Part shown: positions 48,191 to 60,200 of the stretch, one piece after another
Numbering within the stretch: the first letter of the stretch is position 1
How the letters are laid out: every line of letters starts with the position of its first letter
Assembly (NCBI RefSeq): GCF_048593235.1
Contig: NC_133617.1
Span: forward strand, 73,430,937 to 73,494,936
Reading direction: 5' to 3'
DNA from: Sminthopsis crassicaudata
Taxonomy: Eukaryota
Length of the DNA: 64,000 nt
Translations under genes and position numbers: made by a program
Notes under the pieces: generated by a model
The model's input: the letters and a program-made list of their open reading frames with translations, nothing else
Told to the model about the DNA's origin: nothing
The model's database searches: none

Positions 48191-49264
48191 TCCTTCAGAA
48201 AGCAATATCTGATTCAGTGATATAAAAGGGTATTTGGTACAGCCATCTAACCCCAGAGAACCACAAAGTCCTCATCATTAAAATGTTAACTTTCATTATA
48301 ATGTGATTCATCAAACATTTACTGAACCCTTACTATTGGGCAAGGCACTGAAGGTACTCTGCATTTAAGGGTGAAAATGACATCCATTGCCTTCATTAGC
48401 TTAGTCTCTGAGGTCCAAATTAACACAGTCCAGGGTAGTATGTAAAAGTGAGGTAAAGCACAATGACAAATTGGAGGAAGGAGCAATGGGGGTATCGGGC
48501 ACCTGGTTCTGGAAAGGAGAGATACTTAACAGAAGCAGATAAGGAGGAAGCTTTCAAGTATGAGGGATGCCATGACCAAAGTCACATGGACAGAAACTGG
48601 ACACAAAAAGAATCCAGTTTAACTACAAGAGTGAGCTAGATGTTTAGGTTGGAGCCAGATTGTGGAAGGCCTTAACTGCCAGGATTGCAAATTTAAATCT
48701 TTGAGTAGATATCTCATAATCATGAGGTACACATTGGATGATTAATGAGCATCAGAGTGAAGGATAAACTGGAGAAAGAAATGCAGCAGGAAGTTGAGTT
48801 TAATGAGCTATGATATTAGGTTAGGTAAGGAGAGACAGAGGCCTGTAGGGCTGGGGGAGGCGGACATGATAGAAACTGGATGCCTGAGATAATTATAGAA
48901 GCAATAATGTCAAGACTTGGCAACCCACTAGATGTGTACAGTGTACAGTGAGAAGTTTCAGAATTAGTTGCAAGGTTAGGAACCAGGGAGACAGGGGAAA
49001 TGGTGAAGCCATCAGAATGAGGACAGAAGTTGAAAGGAAGGACACACCTGGGAGGCCACTGTTTAGAATTACAGGATTTGAGAGTTGGAATGGACATCAT
49101 TGACCAACTCGTCCAATGCCTAAAAGGAATCCCTCCTAGAACTTACTTGTTAAGTCTGTGCTTCGAGACCTCCAAGGAGTGGGGACAAGCTGCTCTAAAA
49201 ACAGCCTACTCCACTTTGGGATGGCTCTTATTTGTCTGATTTTCAGAAGAAATTGGAGCCATTT

Positions 49265-50765
49265 CTACTCATATGAAAAGGTGCTCTAAATCACTATTGA
49301 GCAGAGAAATGCAAATTAAGACAACTCTGAGATACCACCACACACCTCTCAGACTGGCTAAGATGACAGGAAAAGATAATGAGGAATGTAGGAGGAGATG
49401 CAGGAAAAACTGATGCAGGGACACTGATACATTGTTGGTGGAATTGTGAGCTGATCCAACCATTCTGAAGAGCAATTTGGAACTATGACCCAAGGGATAT
49501 GTAATACCCTGTGATTCAACAGTGTTTCTATTGGGCTTATATTATATAAGAGATCTTTTTTTATTATAGCTTTTTATTTACCAGATATATGCATGGGTAA
49601 TTTTTCAGCATTGATAATTGCAAAACCTTTTGTTCCAACTTTTCCTTTCCTTCCCCCACCCCCTCCCCCAGATGGCAGGTTGACCAATACATGTTAAATA
49701 TGTTAAAGTATAAATTAAATACAATATATGTATATATGTCCAGTTATTTTGCTGTACAAAAAGAATCGTACAATTAGCTTATGAAGGAAATCAGAAATGC
49801 AGGCGGACAAAATTAGAAGGATTGGGCACTCTATGTAGTGGTTCATAGTCATCTCCCAGAGTTCTTTCACAGGGTGTAGCTGGTTCAGTTCATTACTGCT
49901 CTACTGGAACTGATTTGGTTCATCTCATTGTTGAAGAGGACCATGTCCATCAGAATTGATCATCATATAGTATTGTTATTGAAGTATATAATGATCTTCT
50001 TGTTCTGAAATCATCCTACTGATCATTTCTTATAATATTCCATAACATTCATATACCCCAATTTATTCAGCCATTCCCCAACTGATGGGCATCCACTCAG
50101 TTTCCAGTTTCTGGCCACTACAAAAAGGGCTGCCACAAACAATCTTCCACATAAAAGTCCCCTTCCCTTTTTTAAAATCCAAAGAGATCTTAAAGGAGGG
50201 AAAGGGCCCCATAGGTGCAACAGAAGGATTTCAGAAAGGGCTGGAGAGACTTAAATGAACTGATGCTGAGTGAAATGAATAGAACCAGGAGATCATTATA
50301 TCTGGCAACAAGATTATGTGATGATCAATTCTGACATGACTCTTTTCAACAATGAAATGATCCAGGCCAGTTCCAATGATCTTGTGAGGAAGAGAGCCAT
50401 CTACACCTAGGAGAGGACAGTGGGAACTGAGTGTGGATCACAACATAGTATTTTCACTCTTTGTTATGGTTTGCTTAAATTTTATTTTCTCATTTTTTTC
50501 CCTTTTTGATCTGATTTTTCTTGTGCAGCAAAATAACTGTATAAATATGTATGCCTATATTGGATTTAACATATGTTTTATATGTTTTCACCATGTTTAA
50601 CATATATTGGATTACTTGCCATCTAAGGGAGGAGTTAAGGAGAAAATTATAACACAAAATTTTTAAAGGATCAATGTTGAAGAATTATCCTTGCATATGT
50701 TTTCTTTTTTTTTCTTGCATATGTTTTGAAAATAAAAACTTCAATAAATAAAAATTTTAAAAAAG
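49265..50765 (+). mobile_element. Older L1 3' region interrupted by a younger antisense L1 (49558-50181)
   Basis: ORF2/3'UTR homology on both strands; aagagatctt duplicated at 49548-49557 and 50182-50191. Confidence 0.88.
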
Positions 50766-50799
50766 AAAGATTTATCTGATGTAGTCTCTTTGCAACTTT

Positions 50800-52140
50800 T
50801 ATTGCTCCATGTTTTCAGCCTTCTAGCACCAAATGGGATAAATCTTAACAATAGCCCTTTATAGTTACTATGTACTTGGAATCTTTTCTAAGTTAAACAC
50901 TCCCAGTTTCTTCAACTTATCTTCAAAATAGATGGACTCAAGGACTTTGTCCCATCAACTTGTGTCCTTATTAAACTGGTGTCCAGAACATAATGCTCCA
51001 GATGAGATGCCAGAGTGGCACAGGGGGCTTGAGTACTACAATTGGTGTCACAGAAAACCTGAATTTAAATCCAAACTGTGACATTTCCTATCTCTGTCAC
51101 CCTGAGCAAATCAATCTGTTTCCTCATCTATAAAATGGGGCTAACCATAGCACCTACTTCCCAGGGGTTTTGTGAGTATCAAATATTTTTAAAGTGCTTA
51201 GCATAATGCCTGGTACATGGTAGGCATTATAAAAGTGCTAGTTATTATTGGTAGATGGGTCTGACCAGTACTATGGGACTATCACCTCTTGGAAGCTGTA
51301 CTTCTCCTAATGCAGCCCAAGATGCTGCCACATCAACTGCTGACTCAATGAACCTACAATCTACAAACATCCCTAGATTTTTCTCAAACTGCTGCCTCAC
51401 CATAGATCTTCATCTCATAGTGGTGAAGTCAATATTTTGTTTTCAAGTGTTGGACTTTTACCATTATCCCCTTTACATTTCATCTTATTAGAGTTAACCT
51501 AATCTTACCTGTCAAGATATTTCTGTCGTCCCATGTTTGCCTTCCTCCCGGCATCATGTCAACTGAACATTTGGGAAACATTTCGTCCATCATTTTAGCA
51601 TCAATTAAAACCCTAAAGAGCCCAGGGCCAGTCCCAGATCCCTGGAGGATTTTACCAAAGACTTCCAGGCGCCTCAACTCTAAACAATTAACAACTCTTT
51701 TTTGAGTACAGTTATCTAGTCATCTCTGAATCCATCTAACATCCAGTCCACATCCATTTTTCCATAAGAATAAAAAGAGATATTTATCAAAAACTTTACT
51801 AAAATCTAGACAAACTATCCCTAGCATTCCCCAAACCATTTAATAATCCAATCAAAAAAAGCAAATGAGATGGTCTGGTATGACCTGCTCTTGATGATGA
51901 GGCTGTGCTGGCTGGCTGAATGTAGATGCTCATCAATTAGCTGCTTATCCGTCCTAGAAATTTCCCAAGACTTGAAACCCGGCTCACTGACCTCTCCTCA
52001 GCAGATGGCTCTGTTTTGTTTTTTGAAAATGAGGGCAGTTGCCCTTCCACAATGATGTGTCTCCCATTTTCCACAGTCTTTCAAATAATCCTTGCAGTAG
52101 CCTTAGAATGTGAGGGATTCCCTGACTCTAGTTCAGAAGT
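50800..52140 (-). mobile_element. CR1/L3 relic interrupted by a MIR (about 51020-51250)
   Basis: L3-like RT/3' sequence (ggtctggtatgacctgctcttgatga; aaactttactaaaatctaga). Confidence 0.7.
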
Positions 52141-52619
52141 ACTCTCATGCAGTTGGGAACAGAAAACTGGGTGTCTGGGAGAGCTGAGGACAGAGAAACA
52201 GTCAGCTGGGTGCATGGGTGCAGAACTGAAGTTAGTAGGTATGAGGTCACTACAGCGAGAGAAGAGGGTCTAGGATGGACTCTTGTGGAGATGAGGCAGC
52301 AAAGAAAATGGAAGCCCTCTTCCACTGGGCCAGGAACCTTGTTATGCTCTGAGGGCTATGGCCCTGTGCCCCGAGGGATGCCCATCACCTCCCTTGGGTA
52401 AGTGCTGTCTGTCACTATTAATAGAAGCAGCCATGGAGGCTTAGGCCAGAAGAAAATTCCTGGTGCTCAAGTCTGGATCCTGTGGGAAGTCTGTGAGGAG
52501 CCAGCCTGCCTGTGCTGAGAGGTCAAATAATATCACAGAATTTAAGGTGGAGGGGACCTTAGGGTTATCCGGACCAAGTTCCTTATTTTAATTGAGACTC
52601 CTGAAGAGCGAATGACATT

Positions 52620-53770
52620 CAAGAACACAGAGGTAATTAGTGCTCCTGCCTCTCAGAAAGAGCCGAGTCAGTCTTTCTGGCGGTGCCATGCACTGTGCTA
52701 GGTACAGGGATTACAAAGAAAAAAAACGAAACAGTCCCTGCTCTAAGTATGAAAGCCTTTGTCTGAACTTCCTCCATGGCGTGCCCACTGACTATGAGTG
52801 TCCCCCCAGCTCTGTTCTGGACTCTTTTCTCTCTCCCCTTTTTTTCAGCGATCTCCTTATTTCCCATGCATTCAGTTATCTCTATGCTGAGGGTTCCCAC
52901 TTTGGCACAGCTGTCCTGCTTACTCTCCTTATCACCTGCCTTACTGGAACTTTCAAAACGGATGTTTAAAACGCCACATGGCCAAAACTGAATTACGCGT
53001 TTGTTTTCGTTCCTTAGTCCCATTCCATAGAGCCAATCATTTGCCAAATTTTGTCATTTTGATCTCCATAGCATAGTCTATCACACAGCCATTATCTCTC
53101 ATCTAGACTATAATAACAGTTTAATTGGTCTTCCTGCCTCAATTTATCCTTCACACAGCGGCCAAAATGATTTCCTAAACCATGGGTCCGATCCAGCCTG
53201 TTCCCTCCCGGCCATTCCCCAGGCCGTCCAAATTGTCTCCCTGTTATCTCCAGATCAAGTACAGGCTCGTTTGTCTGGCATTTACATTTCTTCCTGATCG
53301 GGCCCTGTACGATGCTTCCGGCCTCCATGCCCATTATTTCATTCACGCCCTTGACGGTCTGGCCCCACTGGTTTACTTGCTATTCCTCCCCCACGATATT
53401 CCATCTGCTGTGGAAGATGAGCGCTCCCTCTGGAGAACGGAAGGTCTGGGTTCAAATACTACCATCCTGGGCCAGTTCACTTAATGTCAGCACCAAGGGG
53501 TTGTACCTGGTGGCCGCCACGACCTCCTCTGGCTCCAAATCCGTGTCCTTGCCTTAGCTGTCCCCGGGCCCAGAAGGCGTTCCACTTCTGAGAACCCCTG
53601 GCTTCCTTCCAGACGTTTAACCATCTCCCTCTGCAGGCTGCTTTCCTAGTTCCACATCTTGTACGGATCTGTCAATCTGCGCGTTGATCTGCCCATCGGG
53701 ATGGAAGCACTTTAAGGACCGGACAGTGCTTGGGGAAAGGGCTTGCGCTCTGTCACCAGGGTTAGCCCAG
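52620..53770 (+). mobile_element. L2 relics with unusually many CpGs
   Basis: L2 motifs (tctagactataataacagtttaattggtcttcctgcc; aaaatgatttcctaaa). Confidence 0.65.
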
Positions 53771-54340
53771 GACGAGTGCTTACTGATGGTTGCTTGATCA
53801 CAAGGGCCTTACTTCTGCCAGGGGGAATCACGTATGTACACGAATACAAGAAAAAAGCTGGTGAGGGCAGGTGCGAGCAGTTGGGGGCACAGGGAGGGGC
53901 TGCCAGGAGGGCTCCTGGGAAGAACGCTGAGCATTGTGGTTTCACTTATAGGAGCCAAGTTCAAGTGCTCGTCTGTCACTCACTGCCGGGTGGCCCTGGG
54001 CACACCACTGGATTACACATTGGGGATGTTTGCTCTAGGTGACCTTTGGGTCCCTCCGGGCGCTCAGTTTGAGGTCTACACAGGAGCACTACAATTCCAA
54101 GCCGCCAGGAGGGGCTGTAGGGCGAGCCGTTTGCCAGGCTCAGTTTCGTTGTTTTGTGGAGCTGGGGGAGGAGGGGGCACTCGGTGCAACAGTTTCCATG
54201 TAGTTTTCCCCACTCCACCCTCCCTCAAGCTAAGCTGCCCACACTCTAGGGACCAATAGGAGGCTATGAAGTGTGCGCCTGTCAGCCCCCTTCTCTAAAG
54301 GGCACTGGACCAAGGCCAAGGCTGCCTCCCCCGGAAGGGA

Positions 54341-54357
54341 AACTGGGGGAAAGGTCA
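54341..54357 (+). promoter_or_regulatory. PPAR response element (DR1 with AACT 5' extension)
   Basis: AACT-GGGGGA-A-AGGTCA versus consensus AACT-AGGNCA-A-AGGTCA; FATP1 is a known PPAR target. Confidence 0.6.
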
Positions 54358-54549
54358 TAGATCTTGTTTGAAAACAAGCATCCAAAGGATCGGGGCGGAG
54401 CTGGGGGGCGGGGGTAAGGGCGGGTTGGGGGAGAGGAGCCCGTACAACTTTGCCAGAGAACTTGAAATTGCGGAGTGAGGGCTGGGAAGGCTCTTCCAGG
54501 CCAGGCGGCACCCAGGGTTGGGGCTGGTGCTTCGGGCCGCCATAGGTGC

Positions 54550-55960
54550 CCCCCTCCCCAGATGCCTAGTGCAGCACCACAGGAGCTGCCGGGCTAGCGG
54601 AGGCGCAGGCTGGGGGAGGCCTGGAGAATAAAGCGGCCTCGGGGACATCCGCTCGTGATATCGCTGAAATCCTGCAGGGAAGTTGCAGCCGGAGGAAGCC
54701 GGGATTGCGCCCTTCTCCAGCGGGCTGGGCGCCCTCAGGACCAGGGATGGAGCCCTGCGTGTGCCCCGGGCTGGAGCCGAGGCTCCCCACGTGCGGGCTC
54801 TGAGGCCCCCTGCTTATCCACAGGCCTCGAGGAGCTAGCGCGCCCCAAGGGCGCCCGTGAGTGTGGAGGGCCGGGTCTGCGCCCGTGCGGAAGGCGATAC
54901 CTGGGGCGGAAGAGCCGACCTTGCAGCCGCGGGGACTGCCTCCGACCGAGGGCCTCGGCCCCTGGCCTTCCCTGAAAGCTGCGCTGCAGGACTTCTAGGA
55001 GGTGAGTGATGCAGGAGCGGGAGGAGCGGCCCGGGCCGGAAGCGCCCTTCCTTCGGCATCAGGGTACTCCGGCGCGGGATGTCTCGGTCACGTTATCCCC
55101 GAGACTGGCGCCGGGGCGCAGGGGCCTCCCGCAGTCATCCCGGAGAAGCGGCGCTCCCCTCCCCGGGTCCGAGCGAGTGCCGCTGGGAATGGCTGGGAGC
55201 GCGGGCTCCGGGGCAGGCCGGCGGCGCCAGAAGCACTTAGGGAAGCGCTCCATCTCAGGCGGGATTAGTGAATGTCGGGGTCTGCGTTTCCCCGCCCGTC
55301 CAGGTTCACAGCCTGTGGGCTCCGCCGGAGCTCAGGCGGTTTCTGAGAGGGGATGGCCGGGGTCGCCGTGGCGCACTCGGAGAGGTCAGGGAGGACGAGG
55401 GCTCGGCGCGGACACACGGACTTACCCACACCCGGCCCGGTGCTTCCGCGCTGTCCGCCGCCGGACTAGCGGAGCGCACACACCTCCGCCAGCGCGGGCT
55501 CATTCATTCTCTGAGCATTAGGGGGCGGCCGCCCGCAGCGTGCGGGCGGCGAGCAGCCTGGACCCCCGCGCGGGGAGCGGGGGCGTCGGGCCAGCGTCCA
55601 CCCCGGACCTCAGGGTCCATCTCTGCCCTGCTGGGGGAGGGGGAGGGGCTGGCGAGAGAGCCGGTGCTCCGCTCTCGTGAGAGGCCCCCTCTTATACCCT
55701 CCCCCCTCTCGGCGCCTGCCTGGCGGCGGGTTGCCGTGGAGACGAAGGGTAGCTGCAGGATGACTGTTCTAGCCGCCGGATCTCGGAACCGGCCTCTCTG
55801 GCCCCCCAGGTGCTCTATGATCCGGACCTCCGGAAGCCTAAGAGGGGGAAGGGAGAGGGTGGGGGGCCTGGGGGCGGACCTGGGAGTGAGGTACGTGTGC
55901 ACGCGTGCGGGTTTGTGTGTGTGTGTGTGCGCGCGCGTGACACGGCGTGTGTGACACTGT
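54550..55960. promoter_or_regulatory. CpG island / SLC27A1 promoter with candidate non-coding first exons
   Basis: The SLC27A1 ATG follows an acceptor, so a 5'UTR exon must lie upstream; donors GAG|gtgagt (55001/55002) and GAG|gtacgt (55890/55891); E-box CACGTG at 54788. Confidence 0.8.
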
Positions 55961-55970
55961 GTGTGTCACT
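55891..55970. repeat. (GT)n/(GC)n alternating purine-pyrimidine tract
   Basis: gtgtgtgtgtgtgtgcgcgcgcgtg directly after a candidate donor; similar tract at 42780-42830. Confidence 0.8.
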
Positions 55971-57094
55971 GTTTGTTCCAAAGCTCTCATTGTTCCCTCA
56001 TCGATGCCCCTTCCCGTCCTCCCCTTGTTCCCCATCCCCTCACTGGTCCTCCTCACCCTCACCGTCCTCCCTTCCTGTTTCCAGAGAACCCCTGTAGCTC
56101 CCGCCCCCACCCTCGCCTCCCGAAGCCATTGCGGGCACCCTCCAGCGGGGAAGAACCTCAGAGGTCACCTCGGAGGTGTGCCAGAAGCTCCTGTCTCCTC
56201 AGTGCTCCCTCACTGTCTCCCCAACTGTCCCTCCAGGTCCCTTTCACTTCCTTCTCACTGCCCCCTCCCCCACTGCCCTCACTGCCCCTCTTCCAGCCCC
56301 CCTCAGCGTTCCTTCCCACTGTTCCCCATGCTGTCCCCCACCGTCCTCCCCCCCACACCGCCCCTCTCAGTGCTCTCCCACTATGGTTACCCCTCAGGGT
56401 CCCTGCCCTTCCTCCTCCCTGACCCTCTGCTCTTCCTCTTCACTGCCCCTCTCACTGCCCCTCACAGCCCCTTTCCACTGGCTCCCTCTTCTCCTTCCCA
56501 GCCCCCCATCGGTGACACTGGCGATTTGGCATCACTAGATCAGTTAGAAAAGACCAAAGATGGTCCTCCCTCCAGGCACGCCCCCGCCCGTCCCAGGAGT
56601 CACTGCAAAGCTAGGGCAGATTTCAGAGGCCACGGGGGTCCCTGACCTCCTCCCCTGGGCCCCTGCCCCCTCCTCGCCGCCGCCCCCGTGCCCCCCTCGG
56701 GTGTGCCATCTTTCCCTCCCCCCCGCACTGTCCCCGTTATTTTGTCCCCACTGTTTCCGTCACCCCCTTTTCCTTGTCATGCTCTCGCTCTCACTGCCTC
56801 CTTCCGGATGGTCTCCCCCTTGAGTGCTTCCCCTCCCCCCACTCTCTTTCCTCCTGTTCTGCTTCACCTTTTCCGTCTCTTGTGCCGTCCTCCCTCCCTC
56901 CTCCCCCTCCCTCATCACTTTCCTTCACTCTCCCTGAACGTTCCCTCACTGCGGGGCTTGCTGTGACTTCTCCCCGCTCTCCCCCTCCCGCCATTCTCCG
57001 GCTCTCTCACTGTCTCTCTGCTTCTCTGTTCACTGCCTCCCCTCCTGCCCCCCACGGTTATGGCGGGGTGATGACTCTGCGCTCTCTCCCCAGG

Positions 57095-57261
57095 ATGCGT
57101 GCTGCAGGTCTCTGTACCGCTTCCCTGGCCTCCGTGGGCTTCCTCCGATTCCTGGGACTGCCCTGGTCGTGGGGCCTGGCGGCTGCTCTGACGGTCTATG
57201 TGGGCACCGGCGGCTGGCGTTTCCTGCGCATCATTTTCAAGACAGCGCTAAGGGACCTTTT
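57095..57261 (+). CDS. SLC27A1: SLC27A1 coding exon 1
   Basis: ctctccccag|G ATG CGT...CTT TT|gtaagt; MRAAGLC...[34 protein letters not shown]. Confidence 0.92.
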
Positions 57262-60200
57262 GTAAGTGAAGAAATGTGAGGTGCCAAAGGCGGTGGGGGG
57301 CGGGGACCCCGAAGCGGGCGAGGGGGCGTGACGGGGGCAGGTGGCAGCCTTCCATGCAGACTTAGCTCCGTGGCCCTGGCAGAGTGGGTTTGTGCAGCTC
57401 GCTCTGCCTGACCGCCTCGCTTCTCTCGCCCTGCGTGACACAGGGGCCTAACCTAGCTCAGCAAGAAGCGGTGGCACGGGGGAGATGTGCGGGCTTCGCT
57501 TAGTCTCCCATATCTTCCCGGAGACACTGTGGCTTTTTCAAAATGGAGTCTGCCCTTGGAAGAAGCGATTCGGAGGGGGGGGAACCGTGTCTGGGGCCGG
57601 GCCAGAGAGCGGAGAAAGGTCCTTTTATCCGCTACAAAGGAGTGTAGGCAGTCCCTGGGCGCCTGATGCCAGCAGATGGTTCCCTGCCGACTGGGAGCGA
57701 AGATCTGAAGAGAGGCTTGTTCCCTCCGGAGGGAGGTGAAGGGGCAGTCCCAAGGGGGGGCAGGAAGGCGGCGGGAGCCGGACTCCGAGGCTGCCCCCCG
57801 ACGCCACGTGCGCTCAGAACCCACCCCGGCTTCCTCCTGGCGGCTCTGCCCGTCCACAGGGTGCTGCAAGGGAAAGGGGCGTGAGGAGAGGGACAGAAAG
57901 TCCGGGCATGAAGATGGAGAAGGCAGGGGAGAGGAGCATGGGGTGCAGGGGCTCTCCCCGAAGAGCAAAGTGCCCCAGCCCCAGGACCCTGCCTGCAGGT
58001 CACTCACATGAGCTAGTGTCCCCACCCATCCCCCTCCTGGGCCCTCTGCTTTCAGGGGTGCTTGGCCTGGGCTAAAATGTAATGGCGCTCGGGGTGAAGG
58101 AAGAAAGGGGTGAAGGCAGAGAGGAGAAGTGGAGCTGGGACAGCTGGTTAGGGGGAGCAGACGTGGGAAGGAGAGGGAAGCTAACGCCAGGGGAGAGCTG
58201 AAGCTGGGGGGCAGAGGGAGGAGGCAAGGCAAGGGAGTCTCCTTAGGTCTCCCAAAATAACTGAGCCCTCTGAGTACTCATGTTACAGCACAGAGTATCT
58301 ATATTCTTTCAGGGCCTTTAAAACTTGATTCTCCCTCATCAAATATTTAATCAGTTTGTGGGCTTTTTTGTTGTTGTTCCCTATGGCCCACCTCCACCCC
58401 AACCTGTAGATAGCTTTTAGCCCTTGTACATCTTCTTTCCAGCTTTCGTTGATCCGAGGCATGGTCTCCCAGGTTGCCATCCCGATCCCTCCTGTAATTA
58501 GCCCTCCTTGCTGTTCTCCTCATTCTCAGTAGTTATTTATTTCAGTCACTGAACTAGAAATTTTGATCTAGTTTATGTTTTCTACACACATTGAAGTAAG
58601 TGGGAATGCATGTTCTTCATGACTCAAAAGAGAAAAAGATGACCATTTAAATGACCATTTAAAATAGGAATTTACCAATATACCCTTGTAGATCGTCCAT
58701 AAACTATCTCAGAAAATTGAGTGATCATTGGTGGTTGTATTTAGAGAAGCTCGGTAGCATGAATTCCCCTGCTGAACAGGTTAATCCTGTATTTGGGGAT
58801 GCATCCATCAGAACAGTACATGTCCCCAACATGACATTTACATTCTTTGGTTTAACTAGAAACACCATTATTCAGTCCTCAGAAATCTATCCCTCACAAT
58901 GTTTTCTAGACTGTTTGGGTAAAAATGCTCCCTCTCCTGTTCCTGCTCCTCCTTGCATTTATCTTTATATTCCTCCTTCTTGGTCAGACCTACTTCAATC
59001 CCTATCATTCAACAATCACTTAAGTCCATGACATTTTTTTTTTAAAGAATTGAGGACTTAACCATATATACATCCTTTCAGAGAGTCAGGAGAGCTGAAA
59101 GAATGTCACCTCTCGTCTTCCTGTACTGTAGTTTAGAAGCTTGTCCTCTGGAAACACAAAGTGTGAGAACCAGAGCCATGTACCTCTTAGTTTAATTCTT
59201 CTGCACTGAATGGGTTCTAACTAAACAAGAGAAGATATCTTTAATTATACTAAATAAACTATAAAGGAGCTTTTGTAAGTCCTAGAAGGTTGGTCCTCAA
59301 GGTAAGACTCTTCTCTGAGATTTACAGAAACATAGTACCTTGAGTTGTATGCAATTAGAAATTATATTATGAAACTTTCTTTGAGTAAAAGATCTCCCTG
59401 TGGAACTAGGAATATGGTAATTAGATACTATTTGACTACACAAATATATGTCTTATACTGAAAACATTTTTCCATTTTTCATATCAAAACATTTTAATTA
59501 AAATATAAGATATTATATACAATTTTAAAATTTTATTTATCTACCCAAACTTATTCAATGGGGTCAATCAATATGTGTTTCTTAAATGCCTTCTACATGG
59601 GCGCTGTATTAGGTCCTAAGAATACAGTAACAGAATTGAGACAGTTTCTGCCTTTAAGGACCTTGCTTTCTGTTGGAATTCCTTTTTTGTTTTTACTTGC
59701 CTCATTACTCCCACAAGATGGGCCAATTTCCAGAGGAAAAAAACTGAAGTAGAAGCTGCTCCAGTCCCGTGGCAAAAGCTGCGGTGGCCCTTGCCTTGCC
59801 CTCCCTTGCCTTGCCGCTCGGCCTGTCCGATGCAGCCCGGCCCGGCTTCGAGGCTGCTGCTCCGGCTCCTGTTACAGGCTCTGCTTGCTCTCTTCTCCCC
59901 CTGCAGTGGTCTCTCAGTGCTGATCAGTGTGCGATATGAACTCCGGCGGCACCAGCAGGCCAGGCACACCATTCCCTACATCTTCCAGGAGGTGGCCACC
60001 CGGCAGCCCCAGAAGGTGGCCCTGGTGGATGCGGTCAGTGGAAAGCAGTGGACGTTCCAGCAGCTGGATGAGTACTCCAACGCAGTGGCCAACCTGTTCC
60101 TGCAGCTGGGCTTCGGGTCTGGCGACGTGGTGGCCATGTTCCTGGAAGGGCGGCCGGAGTTTGTGGGACTGTGGCTTGGCCTTGCCAAAGCAGGCGTGGA

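Noticed and set aside
54566-58232. ORFs up to 259 aa around the SLC27A1 promoter
   Set aside because: Explained by composition (CpG island and polypyrimidine tract); none resembles TMEM221 or another known protein
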